Of a stretch of DNA of 64,000 bases, positions 18,597-27,980 are shown in pieces. A program made the translations under genes and the position numbers. Below the pieces are notes generated by a model that was not told where the DNA came from, searched no databases, and worked only from the letters and a program-made list of their open reading frames with translations. Source of the stretch: an uncultured candidate division WWE3 bacterium (lineage in GTDB: Bacteria; Patescibacteriota; WWE3; UBA101185; UBA10185); the NCBI GenBank assembly GCA_963765125.1, contig CAVXUZ010000005.1, forward strand, positions 177,816-241,815. The letters run 5' to 3'. Each line of letters starts with the position of its first letter. Positions within the stretch are counted from its first letter, which is position 1.

Positions 18597-19686
18597 TTAG
18601 TCGGTTCCATTAAAATCAACAGGGTTTGCTCGCGAAGTATTTAAGATAAGTCTTTTTAGAATTTCTGTAAAACTTACTCCATAAAGAGTTTCTAAAATGG
18701 TACCAAGTGCGACCTGCATTTCTTTTGGGCCAAATGCGCAGTTTGTGTTGTTATCAATTACATAGTATCTACCTGAACTATCGATTCTAATTTCAACTTT
18801 GCCGTAATCTTCCATCTTTGTAGCGTCAAAAGCCTTTTTAACAAGTGCTTTGAGTGTTTCATCATTATACTTTTCGTAGTGGTAACTACCGTGTGAATAG
18901 TCGTCTCTCCATTGATAGTCAAAATTAGAAAAATTATATTTTTCTGTAGAATCTTCAAATACTTTTTCAGCCATATAAACTTTTGTATGAACGCCCTGTA
19001 GAACTATTGCAGATATTTCTCTTCCGACAATAAACTCCTGCACTAAAACGGGCTGTTTGTATGTTCCTATTAAAAACTTCAATCTTTCTTGAAGCTCTTT
19101 CTCGTTTTCTACAATTGATGCTCTTGTGATCTCCACGCCTCCATGAATTGCATTTAGTTTCGTAATCAATGGATACTGCAAGCTCGTTATTTAAATGATC
19201 GTTATGCGTGTAAAAAAGCTGTGTATGAGGTACGGGAACTCCTGCTTGTTGTAAAAGCTTAGTTGTAAGAAATTTATTGTAGGTGATGGACAAACCTAAT
19301 ATATCTGCACCAGTATATGGTATATTAAGCATTTCTAAAACGCCAGGGATAGCGGGCGCAAGATCTTCGTGGCCTTTAACTGACTCAACAAGGTTAATAG
19401 CCATTTCAGGACCTTTTATTTTTAGAACCTCTGTTAAATTTTCATCGCCCGGAATAAGAATTGGCTCAATACCTAATTTTTGCAAATAGCTACCTACAAC
19501 GCCTGCTTCGTACTCTGCGCTTTTTTCTGTAATATATTGTTCTTCGGTTGGAAAATATTCGCGCTTTGCTTCACTATAAATAACCGCAACTTTCTTTGGA
19601 AGATAATCTAGTATTGGATGGTCGGCACCAGAAGGAGGTTCATCTATTTTTGAATTACCATTTATTGCAACAGGCGTTGTATCCAT
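18597..19686 (-). pseudogene. ATP-grasp enzyme (D-Ala-D-Ala ligase-like) interrupted by a frameshift near 19182-19192
   Basis: The N-terminal domain (KKVAVIYSE...GIEPILIPGDE...LNIPYTGADIL) is in the 18967-19686 frame. The central/C-terminal ATP-grasp domain (LQYPLITKLNAIHGG...PVLVQEFIVGREIS...KVEIRIDSSGRYYVIDNNTN) is in the 18597-19181 frame. The junction has no homopolymer. Confidence 0.6.
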
Positions 19687-19848
19687 ATCAAATATATATG
19701 TTAATGAATGTTATAAAAATATCAATAGTTATTTAAAATAATAAGCATGAAAAAACCACCTTTTGGGTGGTTTCTTCGTTGTCCCGATAAGAGTTGCCTC
19801 TTGGTGGGACAAAGAGTAATTTACTAAATTTTGCGATTTGTGTCAACA

Positions 19849-20406
19849 CTATTTTTGGAAAGATATTTTTAATGGGAGTTTTACAAATTCCATCAGGAAT
19901 AATCCAATAGGATATAGAATTCCCCAAAATAGTATTGTTTGTGGAACTGCAAAGAATAAACCTCCATTAGAATTAATAAATTGTTTAGGTATTGGAATTA
20001 GCGCACTTAAAAGAGGGCTGGTAACAACAACTATAAATAAAGACAAGACGTAAACAGCAATGTTTTTTGCAAACCTATATACATCTGGCTTCTCTTTTGA
20101 AATAAAATATTTTGTAAATATGCTAACAACTAAATAAAAGAATACAAATGGCGAAGTTGTTGCTTTCATCAACGCACTGCAAAAAGTAGTGATCAACATA
20201 AGAGCTAAAATTCGTCTTGTTGTAGATCGTGGGGATTTATCAAACAATATAGCGTATGACAATATTGAAATAAATTCGGCTAAAAACAACATAATGCTTG
20301 TATCACGAATAAAATTAATATTTTTCAATGGAAACATCAAAGCGTATATAAATGGTAAAGCAAGAAAAAGAACACTCACGTTTGTTATATATTTATTAAT
20401 ATTCAC
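19849..20406 (-). CDS. hypothetical polytopic membrane protein
   Basis: 185 aa with ~5 TM helices. No motif recognised. Confidence 0.4.
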   Translation of the reverse strand: MNINKYITNVSVLFLALPFIYALMFPLKNINFIRDTSIMLFLAEFISILSYAILFDKSPRSTTRRILALMLITTFCSALMKATTSPFVFFYLVVSIFTKYFISKEKPDVYRFAKNIAVYVLSLFIVVVTSPLLSALIPIPKQFINSNGGLFFAVPQTILFWGILYPIGLFLMEFVKLPLKISFQK

Positions 20407-20457
20407 AGAATTATTGTATCAAATAAAAATATTGAACTGATATGTTGGGAAAAAGAT

Positions 20458-20532
20458 GGTGGGGAGGGTGGGGATCGAACCCACATAGCCGGTTTTTCAG
20501 ACCGGTGCCTTGACCAACTTGGCTACCGCCCC
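20458..20532 (-). tRNA. tRNA-Phe (anticodon GAA)
   Basis: Reverse complement GGGGCGGTAGCC...CTGAAAA...GTGGGTTCGATCCCCAC...CCTCCCCACCA. Canonical except for one C:U mismatch in the acceptor stem. Confidence 0.75.
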
Positions 20533-20541
20533 ATTACAATT

Positions 20542-20616
20542 GGAGCGAGAGACGGGACTCGAACCCGCGGCCTCTTCCTTGGCAAGGAAGCGTTCTACCA
20601 CTGAACTACTCTCGCG
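20542..20616 (-). tRNA. tRNA-Gly (anticodon GCC)
   Basis: Reverse complement GCGAGAGTAGTTCAGTGGTAGAACG CTTCC TTGCCAA GGAAG...GGTTCGAGTCC...CTCTCGCTCCA. All stems pair. Confidence 0.85.
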
Positions 20617-20747
20617 TATGCACTATCAAGAAATTAATCCCCTAAAATAGTCAGGTTCTTACTCTCGCAAACTCTTATGCCTAACACTGCCTAGGCGTAA
20701 CCTATTATAAAAGAACTTTAGTTATAAGAAAAGGGCATTTTGGCGTC

Positions 20748-22433
20748 TTACCAACTTCCACCGCCACCGCCACCGCCCCCACCGCCTGAGAATCCTCCAC
20801 CGCCTGAAAACCCGCTAGAGAAGCCGCTAGAGCTTCTGGATGAGCTATAATGGCTCATTGAGGATGAAACAGCGCTGTTTATGTTGTGTGTAAGTCCAGA
20901 AAATACAGCAGCATTTGCAAGATCTCCAGAGTACCAATCAGTTTTTAGTTCTCCTAAATCTTTGAATCGTTTAATCCATACATCTTCTACGCCAAAGGCT
21001 GCAGCGTAAGGAAGGAGTTTTTCAAAGAACATCATCGCCTCTGCTTGAAAATCTAATTGCGCATCTTGACTTACTAGAAAGTTTTTTAATGAGGCAGTTT
21101 TTGAATACTTATCTATTCCCTTGTCTGTAAATTTTATAAAGTGTCGATGATAGTAGAAAAGTACTAAAAGCAATGGGATGTTAGCTGTGAAGAGAGCAAG
21201 CCCTACTAGTACCCAATGTTTTGCTTTTTCGTTTGATAAATCACCAACAAAAAGATTTTTCTTTTCTAATGCTTCGACCGATTTTTCCATAAATTTCTGA
21301 ATATTTTCTCCTAGTGTTATAGATTTCTTCAATTCCACAAAACTTGCCATGTCAGAGTTCTCAAATATTGCATCATAGAGGAGCTTTTCGTAATCCTCTA
21401 AACCTGTTGCAGCTTGTTTAGTATTTTTTACAAAATATAATTTCTTTTCCTGCTGTTCAATTTTAAAATAACCTCTTTGCGCAAGATGTATGATTGTTGC
21501 TGATACTTCTTTTTGGTCAGGTTTTTTATCAATGAGTACTCCAGTCTCTGCTGGTGTATAAAAAGTTCCGTTATCATTTGTTGGCGGTTCAAACCAAGCA
21601 GCAACCTCTTGCTTATTATTCTTAAAGAACTTCTTAAAACCATGCCTTTTAATTATAATTTTTACTGGAAGAACTATTACCCAGAAAAAATAACCTAAAC
21701 CTAAGATAATAGGTAGTATTGTTTCCCATATACTTTTCTTTACTTCAACAGGCTCGAGTTGTGCTACAAAGCCTTTTGGAAATCCAACTACACCGGTGAT
21801 GCCCTCGTTCATTCCAAGTAATTCTGCAGTGATCAGCGCGCCTTTTTCAGTAACTAATTTATTGCATGATTGATCGGTAGACCCCTTTATCCCTCGATAG
21901 CACATCGCATTTATTTCGGAGCCTATAACACTATCCGGCAGAATTACATTGTTTTTAGATGAATAAATTGGCACATTCCATTCGTTTCCTGTGAAGTTCC
22001 AAAACATTTCATCATGGTCTTCGTAGTATGTTACGGCACCAGATACAACGTAGTTTATTTTATATATTTTAGTACCTGTTATAAGTTTGTCGGCGTCCCC
22101 AATTTTAATTGTAAGTTTTCCTGAAGAGTTATCGCTAGACTCAACAAATGTATATGCCGTACCAATATCATCTGTAACCGAAACATCCGAAATCAACATT
22201 TTAAATGTCTTACCATCCTGGTTTGTTTTAAAGTAAGGAATTATTCTAAAAATCCCATGTCTCTGCTCTTCACCAAAATTATATTTTATTGTCTCGTTAA
22301 CAAATATCTGACCGTCAGATTCAACTCTTACGGTGCTATCAAAAGACTCAATTACCTCCCCTGCAAAAACATGAGTCGAAAATATCATTAAAAGTAGTGA
22401 AAATATTAAAGATTTTAAAGTTATGCTTTGCAT
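20748..22433 (-). CDS. DUF2207-family membrane protein
   Basis: Signal peptide, extracytoplasmic N-domain, TM helices, and a C-terminal Ser/Gly tail (SSSRSSSGFSSGFSGGGGFSGGGGGGGGGGSW) characteristic of DUF2207 proteins. Confidence 0.55.
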   Translation of the reverse strand: MQSITLKSLIFSLLLMIFSTHVFAGEVIESFDSTVRVESDGQIFVNETIKYNFGEEQRHGIFRIIPYFKTNQDGKTFKMLISDVSVTDDIGTAYTFVESSDNSSGKLTIKIGDADKLITGTKIYKINYVVSGAVTYYEDHDEMFWNFTGNEWNVPIYSSKNNVILPDSVIGSEINAMCYRGIKGSTDQSCNKLVTEKGALITAELLGMNEGITGVVGFPKGFVAQLEPVEVKKSIWETILPIILGLGYFFWVIVLPVKIIIKRHGFKKFFKNNKQEVAAWFEPPTNDNGTFYTPAETGVLIDKKPDQKEVSATIIHLAQRGYFKIEQQEKKLYFVKNTKQAATGLEDYEKLLYDAIFENSDMASFVELKKSITLGENIQKFMEKSVEALEKKNLFVGDLSNEKAKHWVLVGLALFTANIPLLLVLFYYHRHFIKFTDKGIDKYSKTASLKNFLVSQDAQLDFQAEAMMFFEKLLPYAAAFGVEDVWIKRFKDLGELKTDWYSGDLANAAVFSGLTHNINSAVSSSMSHYSSSRSSSGFSSGFSGGGGFSGGGGGGGGGGSW

Positions 22434-22437
22434 ATAA

Positions 22438-22524
22438 TGGTGGGCGAGACAGGACTTGAACCTGCACCGGTTTTACCCGACAACGACCTCAACGTTGCGC
22501 GTATACCAATTCCGCCACTCGCCC
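22438..22524 (-). tRNA. tRNA-Leu (anticodon GAG)
   Basis: 87 nt with a long variable arm. Reverse complement GGGCGAGTGGCGGAATTGG...CAACG TTGAGGT CGTTG...GGTTCAAGTCC...CTCGCCCACCA. Confidence 0.8.
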
Positions 22525-22551
22525 GAGTACATGCAACATTATAACAGCTAG

Positions 22552-22914
22552 GTGTTAACTTGTTTACTAGATTTCGGGATGGTATACTATGGGGCAATAC
22601 TAGAGAAAGGATCAGAGATGGGCACGCCAGGTTTAGTAGTAATCGACTGTCTTTTTGTAGACGATGTCGCTGCTGTTTTAAAACATGTTGAAAATACAGC
22701 TGGGGTTTGTTTTACCCTAAACCAGAGCGGCTACCACAGTTCGGGAGCAGTTGCAGTGGCTACAGGCACACGATATCTGAGATTTTATGGGTTAACCCCT
22801 GAAGAGGAAACAAATGTCAGAAAAGTGGCCGATGAGTTCATTGCAACACTTGTAGAAAAACGTGGTGGTTTATTATCAAAAAATGAAAACTTATCAGAAA
22901 TGTATATGCACTAG
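22552..22914 (+). CDS. hypothetical protein (start probably at the MGTPGLVV... Met near 22618); GC-richer than flanks
   Basis: 120-aa ORF between two tRNA genes, followed by a terminator. No family recognised. Confidence 0.4.
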   Translation: MLTCLLDFGMVYYGAILEKGSEMGTPGLVVIDCLFVDDVAAVLKHVENTAGVCFTLNQSGYHSSGAVAVATGTRYLRFYGLTPEEETNVRKVADEFIATLVEKRGGLLSKNENLSEMYMH

Positions 22915-22926
22915 GTTCTATTTGAA

Positions 22927-22971
22927 GAGCTGAGTAAATATCCAACAAAGGATAACTCAGCTTCTTTTTTT
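22927..22971 (+). terminator. rho-independent terminator
   Basis: gagctgagt ... actcagct stem followed by tcttttttt. The loop is long (~19 nt). Confidence 0.4.
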
Positions 22972-22974
22972 GCA

Positions 22975-23061
22975 TGGTGCCAGAGAAGGGATTTGAACCC
23001 ATATTCTCTTTCGAGAACAGCCTTCTGAAGACTGCGTGTCTACCAATTTCACCACTCTGGC
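22975..23061 (-). tRNA. tRNA-Leu (anticodon CAG)
   Basis: 87 nt. Reverse complement GCCAGAGTGGTGAAATTGGTAGACACG CAGTC TTCAGAA GGCTG, long variable arm, GGTTCAAATCC, CTCTGGCACCA. Confidence 0.8.
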
Positions 23062-23066
23062 TTAGT

Positions 23067-23141
23067 TGGTGAGGGCGGAGGGATTCGAACCCTCGACAAA
23101 CTGGTTAAGAGCCAGCTACTCTACCACTGAGCTACGCCCCC
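23067..23141 (-). tRNA. tRNA-Lys (anticodon CUU)
   Basis: Reverse complement GGGGGCGTAGCTCAGTGGTAGAGTA GCTGG CTCTTAA CCAGT...GGTTCGAATCC...CGCCCTCACCA. Confidence 0.8.
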
Positions 23142-23195
23142 AAATCACCAAGCCATTTAATGCTTTAAGATATTATTTCAAGTATAAGGTAATGA

Positions 23196-23648
23196 TTAAT
23201 ATCCGCCAAACCTATTATCTTTTATTTTTTTAATCTCTTTTTCTAAATTAAGAATGTATTCTGATCGTTTTAAACTCAACATGATAAAGATAATTAAACC
23301 GATTATGATCAGGACAAACATTATATAAGGACCAGCTTTATTCTCAATATTACCTATTGAAGGCTCAGTTGTGCCATAAACTTGCTGCAGCATCTCTGAT
23401 TTAGTATCTAAAGCAGCTTGATCATCTTTGACCTGAACTTGTTTACCATCTAAATTAAGTACCACGTCACCCTGAGGGCTAAATTGCTGAGGTTTGTTAA
23501 TGTCAAAGTAAGTTTTTACAGCGTTATCTTCAGGCGGTGTTTGAATCTTTTTTGGCTCTTCTGCAGGTGTATTTAAAACCGCCTCGTCTATCTTTTTTAC
23601 GTTTTCTAAAGAACTAAAATCTTCTTGTTGTATATTTTGATTATCCAT
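23196..23648 (-). CDS. hypothetical protein with a C-terminal TM anchor
   Basis: 150 aa. Acidic/proline-rich N-terminal part and one TM helix (YIMFVLIIIGLIIFIMLSL). Confidence 0.4.
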   Translation of the reverse strand: MDNQNIQQEDFSSLENVKKIDEAVLNTPAEEPKKIQTPPEDNAVKTYFDINKPQQFSPQGDVVLNLDGKQVQVKDDQAALDTKSEMLQQVYGTTEPSIGNIENKAGPYIMFVLIIIGLIIFIMLSLKRSEYILNLEKEIKKIKDNRFGGY

Positions 23649-23666
23649 AATAGTTTTTTAATTTAA

Positions 23667-23742
23667 TGGCGCCCCCAAAGAGATTCGAACTCCCAACCCC
23701 TCGGTCCGAAGCCGAGTGCTCTATCCATTGAGCTATGGGGGC
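23667..23742 (-). tRNA. tRNA-Arg (anticodon UCG)
   Basis: Reverse complement GCCCCCATAGCTCAATGGATAGAGCA CTCGG CTTCGGA CCGAG...GAGTTCGAATCTC...TGGGGGCGCCA. Confidence 0.85.
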
Positions 23743-23793
23743 ATCCCAAAGATTATACTACAAACAACAGTTCTTTTTTGCTATTATTTCTTT

Positions 23794-24147
23794 ATGGGTA
23801 AATTAAGGCTTTTAGTTCTGGCTATAGTACTAGGAACAGTATTAATACCTGCAGCGTTCTACCTTAAAATGTTTACTAAAATTGATGCCAGCACAAGACC
23901 AAGCGTTTCTTTTAACCCGTACACTTGTTATGAGTGTCAGGATTGCTTTTGCACATTTACTTTAGATGATAACAAGGAGTACACGCTAAACAGTTTTGAC
24001 AAGAAATTGTGCGAATTAGACACAAACTATATTAAAGAGGGCATACAAAAGCTAGTTAATGAGCATAAAGCGTATTTAAGTTTGAGCGAATACAAAAATT
24101 TCTCTGACTGCGTTGTGTGGCATTCAAAGCATCCGTCAACTTATTAA
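23794..24147 (+). CDS. small secreted/membrane-anchored Cys-rich protein
   Basis: Start trimmed to MGKLRLLVLAIVLG. The track ORF's N-terminal extension overlaps tRNA-Arg. Six Cys residues in the mature part. Confidence 0.4.
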   Translation: MGKLRLLVLAIVLGTVLIPAAFYLKMFTKIDASTRPSVSFNPYTCYECQDCFCTFTLDDNKEYTLNSFDKKLCELDTNYIKEGIQKLVNEHKAYLSLSEYKNFSDCVVWHSKHPSTY

Positions 24148-24148
24148 A

Positions 24149-24598
24149 ATGATTTTGCAAAAAGTTAAAAAATACTTTCCGTTTTTTTATATATTATTGT
24201 TGATTTTATCCACCTACTACGTATACGATGCTTTAAAATCCAATGATTTAGATGTCTCTATTTTTGAAAAATCTGAAAACCAGAAAGAAATTGAAGTAAA
24301 ACCAGTTAAAGTTACTTTAGAGATTGTATCTTCGAGAGGTAGCGAGAACTTTGAAAAGAGTTTACTCAATACAAGTACAGTCGAGGATCTTGTTTTGAAA
24401 ATTAAAAATGAAAACGGTTTGGTGTATGAAAGGATTGGTTATGTTTATGGTTATGAGTTTGATTTAGTAAACGGCGAAAAAGCACCGGATGGCTATCTAT
24501 GGAAAATTTACGAAAATGGTACCGACGTCACCTTTGAAGCTGAAAACAGAAAACTTGTTGATGGTTATAATTATAAAATCTCTTTAGAAAAGAGGTAA
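24149..24598 (+). CDS. small membrane-anchored protein, DUF4430-like (beta-grasp) C-terminal domain
   Basis: Start trimmed to MILQKVKK. The C-terminal pattern DLVLKIKNENGLVYERIGYVYGYEFDLVNGEKAPDGYLWKIYENGTDV resembles DUF4430 from memory. Weak. Confidence 0.3.
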   Translation: MILQKVKKYFPFFYILLLILSTYYVYDALKSNDLDVSIFEKSENQKEIEVKPVKVTLEIVSSRGSENFEKSLLNTSTVEDLVLKIKNENGLVYERIGYVYGYEFDLVNGEKAPDGYLWKIYENGTDVTFEAENRKLVDGYNYKISLEKR

Positions 24599-24599
24599 T

Positions 24600-25784
24600 T
24601 TATTCAAATCGTAACGCCTCTATAGGATCTTTTTTACTTGCTTTTATTGCAGGGTATGTGCCAAAGATAACTCCCACTAAAACAGAAAAACCAAACGCTA
24701 GTAATACAGCCCAAAAAGGTACTTCGGTTCTTACAAACGCTCGTCCTGCAAAAGATGCAAGCCAGCCAAGTAATAACCCAACAGAACCACCACCTACGCC
24801 AATCATGACAGACTCGAACAAAAACTGTAGCGCAATGTCTCTAGAAGTTGCTCCTAAAGCTTTTCTTAAGCCTATTTCCTTTATTCTCTCCGTCACCGAA
24901 ACTAGCATTATATTCATAATACCGATGCCTCCTACTAACAATGAGATGCCTGCGATTGCACCAATTGCCGCAGTGAGCATACCAAGAACATTTTGAATCG
25001 ATGAAAGTACATCTTCTGCGGACACGACAGAGAAATCTTCTTCTTTCAAATCTCTAAGTAAAGCAAATTTTGCCTCTTTTATTGCAAGTTCTATAACGTC
25101 ACTACTTTTTGCGCTCATTGTTATACTGGATAATACTGCAGTATTAAAATCTTCCGTCACTCTTTTATAAGGGATGTAGACAATTTCATCCCAATCCTGA
25201 CCTTTTTTACTAGTTATCCCAACTATCTCATAATCATTGTCTTCAATCTTTATTTTTTTACCGATTGGGTTTGCGTTAGAGAAAAGCTCTTTAACTATAT
25301 TTGGTGATATTACAGCAACTTTGGCTTTGCTCTTATCTTCTGTATCAGAAAAGAATCTTCCTTTTTCAATCTTAATATTAAATATTTCTTTTGTATTTGA
25401 TGTTACGCCGTAGACAGTTCCGTAAAACTTATTTGTACGATATTCGATATTTTTACCAAATGTAATATTCGGGGCTATTTCGTCAATATAATCGGTGGCA
25501 AATGTTCTTAGAAGCTCAACATGTTTATCTTCAAATTTAATATTACCAAATGTTTTTGATGGATCATCAGTGAAACCAACCTTACCAGGAATAACAAATA
25601 CAACATTTGCTCCAAGTGATTCAAATTGGTCTTGCACATAATTTTGAATACCGATTCCCACCGATACGAGGCTTACAACTGCAAATACGCCAATTATTAC
25701 GCCAAGCATTGTTAGCGCAGTACGGCCTTTATGAAGTACCAACGCCCTATGTGATGATTTTATTGTTTCGATAATGCTTATCAT
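24600..25784 (-). CDS. ABC transporter permease, FtsX/MacB family
   Basis: MacB_PCD-like periplasmic domain between TM1 and three C-terminal TMs. Typical C-terminal GxxPAxKAxxxDPIEALRYE. Confidence 0.8.
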   Translation of the reverse strand: MISIIETIKSSHRALVLHKGRTALTMLGVIIGVFAVVSLVSVGIGIQNYVQDQFESLGANVVFVIPGKVGFTDDPSKTFGNIKFEDKHVELLRTFATDYIDEIAPNITFGKNIEYRTNKFYGTVYGVTSNTKEIFNIKIEKGRFFSDTEDKSKAKVAVISPNIVKELFSNANPIGKKIKIEDNDYEIVGITSKKGQDWDEIVYIPYKRVTEDFNTAVLSSITMSAKSSDVIELAIKEAKFALLRDLKEEDFSVVSAEDVLSSIQNVLGMLTAAIGAIAGISLLVGGIGIMNIMLVSVTERIKEIGLRKALGATSRDIALQFLFESVMIGVGGGSVGLLLGWLASFAGRAFVRTEVPFWAVLLAFGFSVLVGVIFGTYPAIKASKKDPIEALRFE

Positions 25785-26449
25785 TTCGTTATCTTTCCGT
25801 CAGATATAATTATTCTTCTGTCTGCAATCTTTGCGAGATCTTCGTCGTGCGTGACAATCACGATTGTTTTTCCCTCAACGTGAAGTTTATGAAAAAGCTT
25901 TTCAATTTCTGTTCCAGTTTTTGTATCTAAATTACCAGTCGGCTCATCTGCAAATATAATTGATGGATCTGTTACAAGTGCGCGTGCTATTGCAACTCTT
26001 TGTTTTTGTCCACCAGATAGTTCATTTGATTTGTTATTTAATCTATCACTGAGCTCTACCGCTTCTAAACTTTTTAAAGCCTTTTCTTTCCAAAATCGCT
26101 TTGGTAAATCGCTGTATTGTAAAGGAAGCGTTACGTTGTCTAGTGATGTTGTTCTGGGCAACAAATTGAAAAATTGAAAGATAAATCCTATTTCTTTATT
26201 TCTGATTCTCGCTTGTTCTTTTTCGGTGATATTACTAACATCTTTTCCATTTAGATAAAGTTTTCCTGATGATGGCGTGTCTAGTAATCCTAGTATATGC
26301 ATGAGCGTTGACTTGCCTGATCCTGATTTGCCTACAATTGCAACAAACTCGCCTTTTTCAATATCGAGTGATATTTTATCTAAAGCAATTATTTCTTCTT
26401 CATCTACGTGATAGATTTTTGATAGATTTTTAGCTTGGAGTACGAGCAT
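25781..26449 (-). CDS. ABC transporter ATP-binding protein (MacB/LolD-type)
   Basis: Walker [10 protein letters not shown], signature [15 protein letters not shown], Walker [13 protein letters not shown]. The stop overlaps the permease start. Confidence 0.9.
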   Translation of the reverse strand: MLVLQAKNLSKIYHVDEEEIIALDKISLDIEKGEFVAIVGKSGSGKSTLMHILGLLDTPSSGKLYLNGKDVSNITEKEQARIRNKEIGFIFQFFNLLPRTTSLDNVTLPLQYSDLPKRFWKEKALKSLEAVELSDRLNNKSNELSGGQKQRVAIARALVTDPSIIFADEPTGNLDTKTGTEIEKLFHKLHVEGKTIVIVTHDEDLAKIADRRIIISDGKITK

Positions 26450-26460
26450 TTCTTACAGGA

Positions 26461-27510
26461 TTAGTTGTTTATAATCCTCACTTTAATACCTTCTTTAAGC
26501 TCATTTTTCGTGTCCGAAACCTTAACTATTTTGTTTGTTGGAATTGTTTTGATCTCTGTAAAAATATCCCCCTGTAAGCCAATTTCGATATATTCTTTTT
26601 TAACCTTGTTGTTGTCACTTACGTATAAAAACGGTTTATCTTCAATGTCATAATATATATCGTCAAAAGTTAATGAGGGTACTTCTTTTTCTGAAGACGC
26701 AAGAATTATATAGGCATCTCCGTTCATTCCTAAAAGTACCTTATCTTTGTTTTCACCAGAAAACTTAATTTTAACTATAAAATCAGAGCCATTACCCGCG
26801 TCAACATACTGAGGTAGAGCTTCTACGACCCCTAAAAACTTTTCACCATCGTATGCGTCTAGAGCAATTTCAACATTCTGGCCGACTGATAGGTAACCAT
26901 AATCTTCTTGATCAATTTCAATTTCAAACAAAAGATTATCTACATCAGCAATTTTGACTATGGTTTCACCGGGTGACGCAATTTCGCCTTCTTCTTTAAA
27001 AGTATCTATAACAGTTCCTTCAATTGGCGAATAAATATACTTTGTGCCTACACTTGCTAACTGTGAATTATATGTAGCTTGAGCTTGGCTGATTAACTCG
27101 TCATATTTTCTTAATTCCATGTAATACTCGTCTTCGCCACCTGCAGCTGATACGTTGGAGCTGTATTGTTTTATAAACATTTCTTTATTTCTTATAGCTA
27201 TATCTCTAGCGTCTTTATACGCCTTTGCTGACTGTGAATCGGCATATGCGTCAATCATTGCAACATATTGATTTGTAGTAACATTTTCTCCTTCTTTTAT
27301 TGAAATATCAGTTATTTTGCCAAATCCAGAAAAAGACAAATTGACATCGTTGTTTGAAATGACTTTTCCGCTTGCGCTCACAGTCTTTTTTATAATTTTG
27401 TTGTCAACTTTTACTTCTGTAACCTCAATTACCTTACCTCTAGTGAATAGAAATATTCCTCCAATGGCAACTACTGCAATTAAGATTAAATACCACTTTT
27501 TTCTTATCAT
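26461..27510 (-). CDS. HlyD/MFP-family periplasmic adaptor
   Basis: N-terminal TM, coiled-coil middle, beta-barrel/lipoyl-like ends. First gene of the adaptor / ABC ATPase / permease triplet. Confidence 0.65.
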   Translation of the reverse strand: MIRKKWYLILIAVVAIGGIFLFTRGKVIEVTEVKVDNKIIKKTVSASGKVISNNDVNLSFSGFGKITDISIKEGENVTTNQYVAMIDAYADSQSAKAYKDARDIAIRNKEMFIKQYSSNVSAAGGEDEYYMELRKYDELISQAQATYNSQLASVGTKYIYSPIEGTVIDTFKEEGEIASPGETIVKIADVDNLLFEIEIDQEDYGYLSVGQNVEIALDAYDGEKFLGVVEALPQYVDAGNGSDFIVKIKFSGENKDKVLLGMNGDAYIILASSEKEVPSLTFDDIYYDIEDKPFLYVSDNNKVKKEYIEIGLQGDIFTEIKTIPTNKIVKVSDTKNELKEGIKVRIINN

Positions 27511-27593
27511 ATCCGTATAATATTAGCATAGCAAAGGCTCGCTTAAAAGCGTATTTGGTTGAATATGCACTTATTTAAGAATAGAATTACTGT

Positions 27594-27980
27594 ATGGGAA
27601 GTATATTTAGATCGCACCACCCTCTTAGACACACAAAAAGTTTTAAATACGCTTTTGAAGGTCTATTTTTTACATTTGCTAACGAGCCAAATTTTAGAGT
27701 TCAAACAATTCTTACAATATTAGTGTTAATTTTGGGTTTAGTGTTAAAAATAGGATTTTACGATTGGTTATTTTTAATAATTTCGCTTGGTATACTTTTA
27801 TCTGCTGAATTGATAAATACCGCATTAGAAAATTTAATGGATCTTATTTACGTCGAATACCATGAGGGAGTAAAAAAAATAAAAGATATTTCTGCTGCTT
27901 TTGTACTTGTTTCAGCGCTTTGTGCGCTTGCTGTTATTCTTTTTGTCTTTGGAAAGATCTTTATCAAGTTTATAATCTAG
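27594..27980 (+). CDS. dgkA: diacylglycerol/undecaprenol kinase (DgkA family)
   Basis: 128 aa, three TMs. SAELINTALENLMD matches the DgkA active-site motif (AEExNTAIE..D). Confidence 0.75.
   Translation: MGSIFRSHHPLRHTKSFKYAFEGLFFTFANEPNFRVQTILTILVLILGLVLKIGFYDWLFLIISLGILLSAELINTALENLMDLIYVEYHEGVKKIKDISAAFVLVSALCALAVILFVFGKIFIKFII

Noticed and set aside
23716-23793. N-terminal extension of the 23716-24147 ORF
   Set aside because: It overlaps tRNA-Arg. The start was moved to the MGKLRLLVLAIVLG signal-peptide Met at 23794.
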